Source: Phyllosticta citribraziliensis (lineage: Eukaryota). Taken from it: a DNA stretch of 64,000 nt. Below are positions 40,778 to 54,692 of this stretch, piece after piece. The notes under the pieces are model-generated. The model saw only the letters and a list, made by a program, of their open reading frames with translations, was not told the DNA's origin and did not search any database. Position 1 is the first letter of the stretch. Each line of letters begins with the position of its first letter. Both the position numbers and the translations under genes were made by a program. The DNA lies in contig NW_027117347.1 in the NCBI RefSeq assembly GCF_038025025.1, forward strand, positions 806,001 to 870,000, in the 5' to 3' direction.

Positions 40778-41200
40778 TGTCACAATAGGCATATATATAC
40801 CTATATAAGTACTAGGGCTAGCATAGATAAACCTAGTATTATATAGTTATAGGAAGCACAAGCCTCACCTTAGGTAGTAGCCTACTATAGCTTAGGCTAA
40901 AACCTATAGGCTGGTACTAGCTACTACAGCCTGGCACTAGCTACTATAGCCCTAGGCAGATACTATATAATAGCCTATTAACACCTTACCTTTATAACTC
41001 ACCTAATAATAACTAAGGACCCTTATATAAAGGACAAGAGGTAGAACAGTATAAAGGAAGGACTAGGAAATATATAGGTAGTAAGTATCTTTTATATTTT
41101 ATTCTTTTAACTTATTAGATTTAATTAAGATATATATATATTTTCTAGCAGTTTACCTTTAGCCCTTACCTATATAATAAGAAATCTACAAGTTGTAACA
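40778..41200 (+). repeat. 3' LTR chromovirus copy 1
   Basis: Intact TG...CA termini, preceded by the PPT, followed by TSD CCTTT. Confidence 0.93.
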
Positions 41201-44200
41201 CCTTTTAAAGTAGTAGCTTCTTCTTTATAAGCTCCTTCCTCTACTCTAATATTAGGCTAGAGGTATAGTAGGATAACTATTATCTAGATATATATACTAG
41301 TATAGTACTAGTACTATTACTAAATTTAAATAGCTCTATTAGAGTAACTCTTATAGCCTTAAGAGAGATATTATTACTATCTATATTATTATTTATCTTA
41401 GGATTATACTTCTTTTTCTTATTAATACTAAAATACTATATATTATCTTCTATTCCTAAAGTTAGGGCTATTAGAGAAGTACTTAATTATATAGCTTAAA
41501 GACTACTACTAGTATAGTCTTTATCCTTTTATACTCTAGATCTATTAATACCTTTATCTTTCTTATTAATATACTTAGAGACTCTTACTACCTAAAGGTA
41601 GAGGTTATTAATAGTAAACTAGGGGTCTATCTTATTATCTAGTATAACTAGTCTATCTCCTATATATATAAAACCCTAGTAGTAGAGATTCTTATAGCTA
41701 TTATTATCTAAAAAGATAGTAGTATTATAATCTACTAATTTATTAGTAATACCTAATATTTAATTATTATCTCTTAGGACTTACTATTCTTTACTAGTAT
41801 CTAAGTTATACTACTTATTACTAATATTATAGTTAGATCTAGTATTATAATTAGATCTAGATTTTAAGTTATAACTATTAATACTATCCTTATAAGTAGA
41901 TAAGGTAGTTATATTCTTAATTATCTTTATAAAATCTAGCTATATATTAAGTAGTAATATAGATCTTATTAAGAGTTTCTTATTAGAAGGACTAAAGTTA
42001 TTAGGACTATTAAGATAAAGTAGATTATAATCTAGTATTTTCTTATATAGTTTACTACCTTTAATACTAATCTACTAGTTAATTAGGTCTATATACTCTT
42101 ATAGACCTTCCTACTCTTTACTCTTACTAGTAGTATTATAGTACTAATTATCTTCTTCTTTAATACTACTATTTATAGGAGACTCTTCTCTAGTATCTAG
42201 TATTATACCTTTCTATACTAGTAGTAATAGAATTATAGGAATACTAGATAGCTAAGGATATAGGTCTAGTAGTAGAAGGAGTATAGTATTAAGATAATAA
42301 GGTTATATAGTAGTAGAATTATAGGTTAAAGGGCTAATAATAAGGATAAAGGTAGCTATTATAAAAGATAATAGGTTTTAATATTAATAGGGAATTATCT
42401 ACTAGGTCTAATAGGGCTAACTCTTAGTTATATAGTATCTATCCCTTAAGGTATATAGTCCTAAGCTACTTAGTTATTATAAAGGTAGAGGGTTAATAGT
42501 ATTATAGTAGTAGAAGGTAAGGTAGTAGCTTTTATAACTAGCTAATCTTCTTCCTCTATAGTCCTTAATATATTATTATCTAATTTCTATTATTTACTAA
42601 ATTATCTTTCTTCTTTTATCTACTATACCTTATTAAAATCCTATCTCTTAAGAAATACCTCTCTTACTAACTAATAAATATACCTCTAGCTAGGAAATTA
42701 TCTAGTATACTACTCCTATTTCTTAATACTCCTATAGTTTACTTACTTACTAAAATTAATAACTTTAAGCTAATTACCTATTAACTCCCTTTTTCTAGCC
42801 TATTACTTAGTATAGGTTAAAATTAAAAATACCTAAATACCTAGAATATATAAATATAACTCTACTTAGTAGAGAAAGAGGGTAGCACCTAATCTATAGA
42901 CTAGAGATTTATTAAGTCTAAGCTATATAGCTTCTAGTATTTAGGATATACCTTATTATAGACTTTATTAGGAAACTCTATAATATTCTATAACTATTCC
43001 TTAGTAGATAGTCCTATCTATTATATTTTTAGCCTATCTACTTTATACTAGGTCTCTTTTTATAGTTGCTCTACTAATTTAGCCTATACTTTATTATTAT
43101 TAGCTAGTATTACTTACTACTATATTTAATTCTTAGTAGTAGTATCTATTATAGCCTTCTATCCTAGTAGTTAGTTATACTACTTATAAGTAATAAAGAC
43201 CTTAATATTATTAATATAGTATATACTAATAGGTAATTCTAAATAAAGGTTAGTTAATATAATAGACTAGTTTTTAAAGTATACCTATAATACCTAGTAT
43301 AGTTCTATCTACTATAGTTTAAGTTTCTTTCCTCTTTAATTATTAAGGGTATAGTATCTTAGTAATACTAAGTTACCTTATAGTAGGGGTAGCTACTATA
43401 TTATATCTTCTATCTATTAGGCTATCTTCTATTACTATACTAAGTACTTATTAAGTACCTATTCCTAAATCTTATTAAGCTATATAAGCTATACTTTAAA
43501 ATTAATAGCTACTATAGTCTTATCTACCTTAATATTATAGCTACTAGCTTTAAATATAGCTTAGATAGAATCTACTATAATTATAGATATTATATTAGGC
43601 TACTTATATTATTAAGGTTAAAATCTATAAAGAAGCTTATTAGATAAGAATCTATATATATAGGAAACTTATAAATTTAGTATATATATAATATTATTAA
43701 GGAGTATATTCTACTTATATATTTATTCTAATAATTCCTAAATATATTTAATAATAGTATACTATACTATCTTAATATAGGATTCTATAAGGCCTATAGA
43801 TTATAGATATCCTATATTACTATAGAGGTACTTAATCTTCTTTATATCTAGTAGACCTATAAAGTCCTTTCTATAGAAATATAAACTATTATCTATATAG
43901 GTTATCTATATCTAATTAATAGGCTTAATAATAGTATCTTCTAGATTCTTAATTATCTCTTTTACTATTACTCCTAATAATATATAAATCTAGACCTTCT
44001 TAGTAAAGTAGTTAACTATTATAAGGATATAATAATTACCTTATACTATAATAGAAGTTAGGGGTCCTAGGTAATCTAGAGTAACTAAATTAAGGGGTTA
44101 TAGTTATATAACTAGAATAGTTCCTACTAATAGTTAAAGAGGTCTAGTTAGTTAATATAAAGGGTATAATTAAGTATAGTCCTAGGTATTCTTTAAGTAA

Positions 44201-46466
44201 GTTAGCTAGTAGTAGTATCTAATTAACTTTACTAATATAGGGTTACTTCTAAAATAGCTATAAGAGTTATAGTATTTATATAATACCTTTAGTATATCTA
44301 GCTCTTTAATATACTAACTAAGTTTTCCCTTTTACTTTTTAAATATTAAGTAAGGTAGACTAGTCCTAGGCTTAATAAGGATAAAATACCTTATCTAGTA
44401 GTAGATTTTTCTTATATATATAGAATTTAAAGATATCCCCTTCTCTAACTTAAGTACTATATCTATTAGCTTATATTAGATAATATCTCTATACTAGTAG
44501 TCTAATATTTAGGGATCCTAATAGTCTAGTCTTCTAGTAATAGTATTATCTATAGTACCCCTATTAATAGTAAATACTTAATACTTAAAGCTATTATTAA
44601 AATTAAGCTTATTATATAGTTAGCTAATTTATAAAAGTCTATTAGCTACTATATTAACTTATCCTAGAATATACTAAATATCTAGATAGAATTTAGAAAG
44701 CCTATACTCCTATTATAAAATTCTACCTATTATATCTAGTAAGTTAATTATATTAATTAAGGTAATATAATTAGTATATACCTTAATAGGGAATTTTAAA
44801 CCTATAATAAGCTAATATACTTCTTTAAGGTACTAAACTAATACTAGTACTTCTAATTTAGTAGTCTTATATTATATTTTAGTATCTAATAGACTATAAC
44901 TTATAAATATTACTACCTCCTATTACTCTAGTAGTATAGCTAGTATAGATATACTAATAGGAACTATAGGAATTTAGAAGAGTATACCCCTTAATCTAGT
45001 CTTTAAAGTATTAATAGATAGGTAGTACTAGTATCTCTTATCTCTACCTACTAGTATAATATACTAGATTACTTCTTAGATCTTCTTAAATACCTATTAG
45101 TATAGCTTATACTATATAAACTCCTTAATAATATACTTCTTCTTATACTTCTTCCCCTTTTTTAACTTATTAACTAGAACTATCTCTATAATAAGAGTAG
45201 TTTTAAGGATTTTAATAAGGTTAGCTCTTTCTAGAATATAATAGTATAAGAAAGGTAGAATATCTATAAATTACTTTAATTTAACTTTATTATATAGAGG
45301 TACCTAGTTATAGAAGGCTTTAACCTTATTAATAGAAGGCTAGTAACTCTTAGGTATCTTCTAAAATCCTAGAACCTTAATAGTACTATAGAAGAACCTT
45401 AACTTTTTAGGATTTAAGGTTAGTTTAGCCTATACTATATAAGAAAAGTAAGCTTTATATAGAAAGTTATATAGGAAGTTAAAGATTACTACTCCTCTAA
45501 AAATATTATTAATAAAGTAATAGAATACTAGGAATCTAGATAACTATTAATTAAGAGGAGCTTTACTATATAGTCCTAGAATAAAACTAGTAACTAAGTC
45601 TATTAGCTTAGTATATATTACTAGAGTACTAGTTAGGCCTTAACCTATATATATATAGGTAAGCTAACTAAGAGTTAAGGTAAATATAGTCTTATATATA
45701 TTACTTAGAATAATAGGGACTGCCTAATATCTATTAGAATAATCTATAGTAAATATATACTTATACTATAACTAGCTAAGCTTATTAAGTATTAGCTTAA
45801 TTTACTTTATAGGATAAGTAGACTTCCTAGTTATATTATTAAGGGTATAGAAGATATAGACTATCTATAAATCTTTAGACTTCTTATATAGGAACTAGGT
45901 TTTAGTAGACTATTCTAATACTATATATTTTAATACTCTAGCCTTTACTAACTTAATAAGATTATTAGTCTACTAATACTCTTCTTCTAGAGTATATAGA
46001 GGTAGCTTTATAGTATAGGGCTTTACCTAAGTATATATTAGGATATAATATTTAATAAGGTTAGTATATAGTATATTCTAGATCTTCTATATAAATATAT
46101 TCTACTAAGTCTATAATATTATCCCTACCTTCTTTAATTACTATATATCCTATATTAGATCTCCTAAGATACTAGGGTATTTATCTAGCTAGTCTTATAA
46201 TACTATATTACTAGGAGGTTATTAGATTTTATATTAGAATTTATATAGATATTAGCTAATAGGGAACTAGTTCTAGATTATAAATATTAAAGTATCTTTA
46301 TTATTCTCTACTTCTATATAGAAAACTATAATAGTATTATTATACTATAAAAGTACTCTATTATAAATCTTATTAAAACTAATATCCTTTAGTAGTAATA
46401 CTAGGAGAAGCCTATATTAGAATACCCTTATTTTTCCCTTAATATTAAGATTAGAGAAGTAACCTT

Positions 46467-46889
46467 TATTATAATAGGTATATATATACCTATATAAGTA
46501 CTAGGGCCAGTATAGATAAACCTAGCATTGTGTAGTTATAGGAAGTATAAGCCTTACCTTAAGTAGTAGCCCGCTATAGCTTAGGCCGAAACCTGTAGGC
46601 TAGTACTAGCTACTACAGCCTAGTACCAGCCACTATAGCCTTAGGAAGATACCACGCAACAGCCTATTAATACCTTACCTTTATAACTTACCTAATAATA
46701 ACTAAGGACCCTTATATAAAGGATAAGAGGTAGAATAGTATAAAGGAAGGACTAGGAAATATATAAGTAGTAAGTATCTTTTATATTTTGTTCTTTTAAC
46801 TTATTAGATTTAATTAAGATATATATGTATTTTCTAGTAGTTTACCTTTAGCCCTTACCTGTGTAATAAGAAATCTATAAGTTATAATA
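46467..46889 (+). repeat. 5' LTR chromovirus copy 2
   Basis: 423-bp match to the other LTR copies. Confidence 0.92.
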
Positions 46890-49800
46890 GATATAAAAGA
46901 TTATTCTAAGTTTTAGCTCTATCCTACTTCTTTACCTATAAAGGTGTTATAATATTTAACCTAAGTAACGTCGTGCGCAGCTATAGTCTTATATAAGACT
47001 GCTTGTTACTTTTCCCTAGTAAACCTAAGTTATCTTTATTAGGCGCATTAGTGTCATCTAAGGACTAAGGAGTATTAAGTATATATTAACTATAGAAGTC
47101 TTTAGTTAAGGCTATAGGGTAGTATATAAATATTTAGGAGGTGTCCTATCTATAACCTACTTAAGGAACATTCTAAGTAGAAGACTATAAAGATAGTATA
47201 GCTAAGAATAAAGCCGACGCATCTAGTACTACTAAAGGTGTTAGTACTAGTTAATTAACTTAATAAGATTCGCGTAAAGAGACTAAAGATTTATATAATA
47301 CTAGATACTTATTAAATAATAATAAGAGAGGACCTACCCCTATTCTCCTATATAATTTCTACTTAGTCCTAGTAGTAGAGGTAAAAGAACATACCTAAGA
47401 CCTAGAGTTAACTTATACTATTTAAGCTCTAGTTATAGAGGTGTTTATAAAGGTACCGCGCTTAGATATTAATTAATTTAAATCTAAGATTACATCCTTA
47501 AATAAGTCTTAAGTGCAGCAGCAACTAAACTACACATAAAGGCAGAACTAGGCTCTTAAGTAAACGCTCTTAAACTATACTAATAGACTAAGGGAAGCCT
47601 TAAGGGAAGGATATATTAGGCCCTCTTTATTAGCTTAGCACCTAAGACCTATTACCCTCTCTTAAGATCCTTCTACTAGTAGAGTAATAAGGACTCTTAG
47701 ACCTCCTCTAACCTATATAAGGGAAACTACTACTAAAACCTCTACTTTATCTTTAAGTAGTAAGAAATACTAAAGTAGTAAGGTTCCTAATCCTCCTCTT
47801 CTTACTAATAGAGAAGACCCCTTATATAAATACTAGACCCTCCTTATATAAAATAAAATTAAATAAAACCACGATTACTTTACTAAGGATATAGTAGAGG
47901 AGACTAAATAGAATATTACAAGTTATATTATTTCCTATATTAGTAGAGAAGTCTTATATTACCTAACTCCTTTTCTTACTTCTTATATAAAGGCTAATAA
48001 AGTTACTCTAGATAAGGATATCTTTAAATTCCTAGATAACCTCCTCTAGAGTCTATATAAATATAAGGATATAAAAAAGTAGTTATACTCTCTTATATAC
48101 TATATTTCTATAGACCTTTAGAAGTTTTAATTAAACTTTATATAATTAGCCTTAGATGCAGATCTTCTCTAAGAATAGTAGAAAGAGGACTTTTATAATA
48201 TAATAGATCCTCTCCTTTAAACCTATATAGTTACTATAGAGTAAGATAAGGATATTAACTTTTATAAGTACCTCTAATAAGCCTACCCTATTACTTAAAG
48301 TCTTAGTAACTACTATTCTAATTATAGAAAACCAACGCTCACGTCACATAAGGATTAAGTAAAGAAGAGATAATAAGAATAAGTAAAGATAACTACCTTA
48401 GGCAGTATAAGTACTTTATCTTCTAGTTATACCTAGGCGCGATCTATATCTAGGGCTCCCTCACATAATCTAACCTATAAAGGCAAAGTAGAAGTCTATA
48501 TAGAGATTAGACCGTATAATTGCTATAGCTAGTTTGGCTATTTATAGAGATAATACCTATAACTAGAGATAAAGGTAATAGAGTTAGTTAAAGAAGAAAG
48601 TACTAAAGATATCTATATAAATAAAGGAGATTAGTCTTTATTAGAAAATAATAAGACCTAGGTGAAGTCTCCTACTATAGGTCTAAACTTAGAGTAATAT
48701 ATATTAAAGGTTCTTATATAAATCTTAGTTACTTTATTAGAGGTGTACCCTTTACTATATAAACCTTAATTATATCTAATAGCCGCGCCTTAGAAATTTG
48801 TGCCCTAGCTAATACTAGTACTAGTAGTATAAGTTTTATTTACCCTAAGCTACTACTAACTCTCTAGTCTATAGGTGCTATAAAAAAGAGAATAATAGGT
48901 AAAGGGCTTAATATTACTAGGTTTAACTAATATATAAATAAAAAAGTTAATTTTTACTTTTATCTTTAACTCTACTTCTAGGATTAAATAGTTTCTACTT
49001 ATACTTTTATTTATAATATTAGCCGCAATAACATGATTCTTAGATAATAGTTTTTTAACTAGCACGATATTCTTCTAGACTATAAATAATACAAACTAGT
49101 CTAGAGATAGCTACTAGTTAACTAATCCTTTTAGCATCTTTTACACCTACTAAAAGTCTCTATACAAAGCAATAAACCGCAGAAAGAACATTAAGTAGAT
49201 ATAGACTATAGAGATAAAAACTTTAATAAACGCCTTCTTCCCTTAGTATAGGTTATTAAGGGAATTAAATTTTAAACTTAAGATGCTTTTAAGCTTTCTA
49301 TCTATAAAATACAAGTTACGCTAATAGAGATCTATACTATTAACCTTATACAAGTTTAAGCGGCTCTTAAAGATAAAGAAACTAAGGAATTATTAGCTTC
49401 TAAGCTACTAGCTACTTATAAGGAATTTTAAGATGTATTTTCTAAAATAGAGTCTAATAAGCTACCACCATATCACATAGGAGTTAATCACAAAATATCT
49501 CTTATATATAATAGTCTACTAGAGCTTCTACCTAGCCCTCTCTATAGAATGTCTCTAGAGCAGCTTAAGGCTATAAAAGAGTATATTATTAAGAATATTT
49601 AGAAAGGCTTTATTATAGAGAGCTTTACTACCTATACTTCTCCTATTCTTATAGTAAAAAAGCCTAGTAGGGGATAGAGATTCTATATAGACTACTAATA
49701 GCTTAATAAATAAACTACTAAGGATTTACACCCCCTCCCTCTTATTATAGAGTTGCTTTAGCGCATTAGAAAGGGCAAGATTTATACTAAGCTTAATATT

Positions 49801-52499
49801 TAATAAGCTTTCTACCACATTTATCTTACTAAGGATTCTAAAGATAAAACCACCTTCTATATAAGATATAGGTTATTTAAATACTATGTCTTGCCGTTTA
49901 GATTAAGTAATAGACCTATAGCCTTTTAATATTTTATTAACCAGGTTCTCTTTAAGTATTTAGATGATTTTATTATAGCTTTTATAGATAACATACTTAT
50001 TATCTCTAAAAACCCTATAGAGCATAAGGAATAAGTAAAAAAAGTACTAGTAAGACTATAAAAAGTAGGACTATAGGTAGATTTAAAGAAGAGTAAGTTT
50101 TTAGTTACTTATATAAAGTTTCTTAGATATATCGTTTCTATAGAAGGCATTTAAATAGACCTAGATAAGGTAGAACCTATATAAAACTAGCTAATACTAA
50201 AAACTCTTAAAGCTCTTTAATCCTTCCTAGGTTTCTATAATTTCTACTAATAATTTCTCCCTAACTATAGATAAATTAGCCGGCTATTAGAGAAACTATA
50301 CTCTAAGGCAAAATAGTAACAACTAGGACCCCTAGAAGAAGAGGCAATTTAATAACTTAAGAAGCTAATATATAGTGACATACTTCTAGCTAATTATAAC
50401 CCTACTCTTGACACTTATATAGAGACTAATATAAGTAATAGAGTTACTACTAGCGTTTTAATACAGCTCTAGTAACCTTTATATAATTAGAAACTAGTAG
50501 CGTTCTACTCTAAGGCAATAGCAGACGCAGAACTTTATTATAGAATTTTAGATAAAGAACTACTAGCTATTAAGAATAGACTAGAAGAATAGAGACTAAT
50601 ACTTATTAGCCTTAAAAAACCTTTTCTTATAATTATAGACTATTAGGCGTTAGAGTACTACTCTACTAAATAACAACTTAATTAATAACAAGCTAGATAG
50701 TCTGAGTTTTTTATAGAATTCTATATACAATTCTTCTATTAACTAGAAAAGGAAAATATCATTACTAATTACCTTACTTAAAAATAAGAAGACCTAAAGA
50801 CTTAAAAAGAAAAAGTAAGGGCTATATAAGAGATATGCCTTATCCTACTAGAGACTATTATCCCTCTTTCTATTTTAGAATAAGAACTTCCTCCTCTAGT
50901 ATTATTTTTAGATAAACTCCTCTATATAAACTAGGAAGATTCTAAATTAGAACTCTAGAAATAGAAAGCCCTCTTAAAAGACCTTAAATAAAGAAATAGT
51001 TAGGAACTAAAAGATAGTCTTTTACTATAATATAGCACCCTCTTTATACCAGATTATAATAACCTCTGCATAAGAATGCTTAATGCTTTATATACTACCT
51101 ATATAACTGCCTATTCTAGTATTATAAAGATGCAAAAACTCCTTAAGCGACATTACTACTAGCTAGCTATAAATTATACGATTAATATTTACAGGCGAGG
51201 ATGCTATATTTACTACTAAATAAAAGAGTTTTATAATAAAGACCTAGGCCTTCTATAACCCCTAGAGATTCCTACTTAACCCTAGTAATACTTAGCTATA
51301 GATTTTAAAGAGATGCCTAAAGACTAAAAGGGCTATAATATAATCCTAGTTATTATAGACTAGTTAAGTTAAAGAACCTTTAGTTTACCTTATATAAAAA
51401 AGATTAATACTAAAGGAGTCTCTAGGCTCTTTTATAAATATATCTACTATATTTATAGAAACCCTAAGTCTATTCTATCTAACTAAGGCCCTTAGTTCAT
51501 CTCAGCATTTATAAATAAACTATATAAGCTAACTAGTATAGAGCAGTATTTTAACTCATCCTACTACTCTTAAACTAATAGTATTATAGAGATTATTAAT
51601 TAGCATCTTATATAAAGATTAAGACCTTTTATTAATTACTTTTAGAATAATTAGTCTAATCTTCTACTATTAATAGACCTTATATAAGTAACACTTCCCT
51701 ATAAAGCTACTAGACTTTTACCTTTTAAGATTAAGTTAGGATATTCCCCTTAAATATACTATAACTAGTAATAAAGAACTAAGACCCCCTAGCAACTAGA
51801 GAAGATGGCTTATATAGTAGTATAAATACTATAAAAGAGAAGATAAGAAGCTTTTAAATTTATAAAGAATCTTATTCTTAAATCCTAAGAGTATATATAC
51901 TAATAAGCTAATAAATACCGTCGCGCGCTAGACTTTATAGTTAGAGATTATATCTATATTAAGAAAACAGGATGGTCTACTAATTAGCTAAACCTTAAAT
52001 TAGACTTTCCTAATACTAGACCTTTTAAGATTATAGGAATAGAAGGATCCTTCTATATCCTTAATCTTCTCTTATATATAAAGATAGTTAACCTTTTCTA
52101 TACTAATAGGCTATATAAGGCTAAAATAGAACAGCTTCCTAGTTAGGAATATACTAAACCTAAACCTAAGATTATTTAAGATGAGCCTAAGTAGGAAGTA
52201 GACTATATTTAAGCTAGTTAAGTCTTATATAGGAAGCTTTAATACTAAGTTAAATAGACTAGATATAACTAAGATAACTAGTAGTATAATACAAGTTCTT
52301 TTAGCGGCGTGCTATAGAAAATTAAAGAATTCTACTTATTATACCCTATTATAGTAGGACTACTAAAAAATCTAGAAAAATAGAAGGCTGCCTTCCTCTA
52401 AGAAGAACTATAGATTAAAATAGAAAGTAATAATAAAATAAGTTACTTAGGCCTATAGTAAATATTATAAAGATATAGAAAGTAGACTAATTAGTTTAC

Positions 52500-54190
52500 T
52501 ATCTACCCTTATATAAATACTATTAATCTTAACTTCTACTCTCTAGTCTTTCCTTTTTATTACTTATTCCCTACTATCCCTTCTTTTACTTCCTTCCTTT
52601 TCCCTTCTTCTTATTATAATAGTTATTATATAAGACTATCTCCTCTAGATCCTCTAGCTTATTAGGTAGGATGTCCTACTTAGCTAAAGCCTAATTAGTT
52701 TAATCCTCTAACCTAGCTTAGTAGTATAAGTTCTAGAACTCCTCTATGTAAATTTTATCTTCATGCCTCTTATAATAAGCAGGCGGCTTGGCACCCTTTA
52801 AGTTATTTATAGTATAGTTAAGGTTGCCTATACCCTAAAGGTAGTTGGCGCAGCAGCCCTATAAGAAACTAGGCAGGTAGTAACAACTAATAAACGCGCG
52901 AGTATTAGTATTATTATAATACTTAGTATAGCTAATAGGGTTATTAATTCTAGTATACTAGATAAGAAAAGCATCGCGTGAGCTAGCTTAAGTTTTAACT
53001 AATAAGTAGTTAAATTGCTAAGCAGAAACTATAATGTGTAAGTAAGGCATGCTATTACCTAAGGCTAAGATGTACTTAGTGCACTCTTATACTTTAGAAC
53101 TACTAAGGCGCGCCTATATAGTTAGTTAGATAAGAATCCCTTATATTAGTAAGATAAACTTACTCGCGCGACACTCTCTATATTCTTATAAGGGATATAA
53201 AGTATTAACTTAAAGTCCTACTTAATAGGTACCTTATTAGAGCTAACTAGTAATACTATAACGCGAATCTTACTATTGCTGCTATTATATAAAGTAGCAG
53301 GTAGTAAGTACTTAGCTGCTAGAACCTAATAAGCTGTAGGATTATAATAATAGTATATATAAGTAGGCTCTTTATCTTCTTCCTCTAAAACAGGCTGTAT
53401 GATAGTAAACCGGCAGCAATATAGCATAATAGGCTGGTTAGTAGCAGGCTATATAGCTGTAGATAATGAACCTCGCGCGATAACTAATAATACTAATTAA
53501 GTAGAACCTAATACTATAGTATGCTATAGGTAAAGTAATAAGCCTGTAGCTATTTCTAGCTAAATAAGTAAAGCCTGGCCTAACTAAGTCTTTATATAAG
53601 TGTCCTCCTCTACAATTATATTAGTTAGCAAGATAGGACGATAAAGTAGTAAAACCTAGATATATAATACTACTTAATGGCCTAGATAATAATTAGTAAT
53701 AGTTAGAGATAGAATTAAAGTTTACTTACCTTAGGACTCTATATAATAGTCCTTATAGATACTACTAGCTAAAACAGCTCTTTAAGTGAGCAGTAACTAT
53801 AATAGATTATAAATGACACTATATAATAACAACTTAATACTATAACTCTTATATAATAGTAATAAGTCCTAATAGACCAGACTATAATAAGCAGCAGATA
53901 TATTAAGTATATAGTAGCTAGGAATGTCTGCTTTACTATTAGTAGGGTATAAATTATTTAAATTATTAGAACCTTTACACGCGATAGTTAGTTTACTAGA
54001 TCATGGCTAAATTAGACTAGGATAACAATATACTTTAATAGGGAGCTTTAGATATAGCTAAGTAAGATGGCGACCTTCTATAGGTCGCGCAGTAAAAGAG
54101 ATAGTAATAGAAAGAGATGGTATAGTAGTAGACCTAGACTAACAATTATACTACGCATATAGAACGCTTAAATTGCCAAATTACTACTAT
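52500..54190 (-). pseudogene. RIP-mutated antisense accessory ORF of chromovirus copy 2 (DUF3716-like motif ~52810-52985; boundaries approximate)
   Basis: Homologous to 39000-40700; retains TGT (Cys) at ~52883-52885 where copy 1 has TAT. Confidence 0.58.
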
Positions 54191-54269
54191 TATATATTAT
54201 AAGTCTGCGCCTATATAAGCGCCTATAGCTGCTAATTCCTATAATTTCAGCTTCTCTTTAGGGGGGGCA

Positions 54270-54692
54270 TGTCATAATAGGCGTATATATACCTATATAA
54301 GTACCAGGGCCAGTATAGACAAACCTAGTATTATACAGTTATAGGAAGCATGAGCCTCACCTTAGGTAGCAGCCTACTATAGCTTAGGCTGAAACCTGTA
54401 GGCTAGCACCAGCTACTACAGCCTAGTACCAGCTACTATAGCCTTAGGAAGATACTATATAACAGCCTATTAATACCTTACCTTTATAACTTACCTAATA
54501 ATAACTAAGGACCCTTATATAAAGGATAAGAGGTAGAATAGTATAAAGGAAGGACTAGGAAATATATAGGTAGTAAGTATCTTTTATATTTTATTCTTTT
54601 AACTTATTAGATTTAATTAAGATATATATACATTCTCTAGTAGTTTGCCTTTAGCCCTTACCTATATAACAAGAAATCTGTGAGTCGTAATA
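54270..54692 (+). repeat. 3' LTR chromovirus copy 2
   Basis: Starts TGTCATA after the PPT; followed by TSD ACCTT. Confidence 0.92.

Larger units (their letters stand above)
32954..41200 (+). mobile_element. Nested chromovirus (Ty3/Gypsy with chromodomain), copy 1, RIP-inactivated
   Basis: 423-bp LTRs 32954-33376 and 40778-41200 (TGTCACA...TGTAACA); TSD CCTTT at 32949-32953 and 41201-41205; PPT GAGGGGG before the 3' LTR. De-RIPed RT F(V/I)DD (~36467), RNase H DKELLAI (37038), integrase GPQF/YHPQTDG-like, chromodomain EWEVD..QYQVKWTGYD (~38670-38760). Confidence 0.93.
46467..54692 (+). mobile_element. Nested chromovirus, copy 2, RIP-inactivated
   Basis: Colinear with copy 1 over ~8.2 kb; LTRs 46467-46889 and 54270-54692; TSD ACCTT at 46462-46466 and 54693-54697; PPT GGGGGGG before the 3' LTR. 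Confidence 0.93.
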
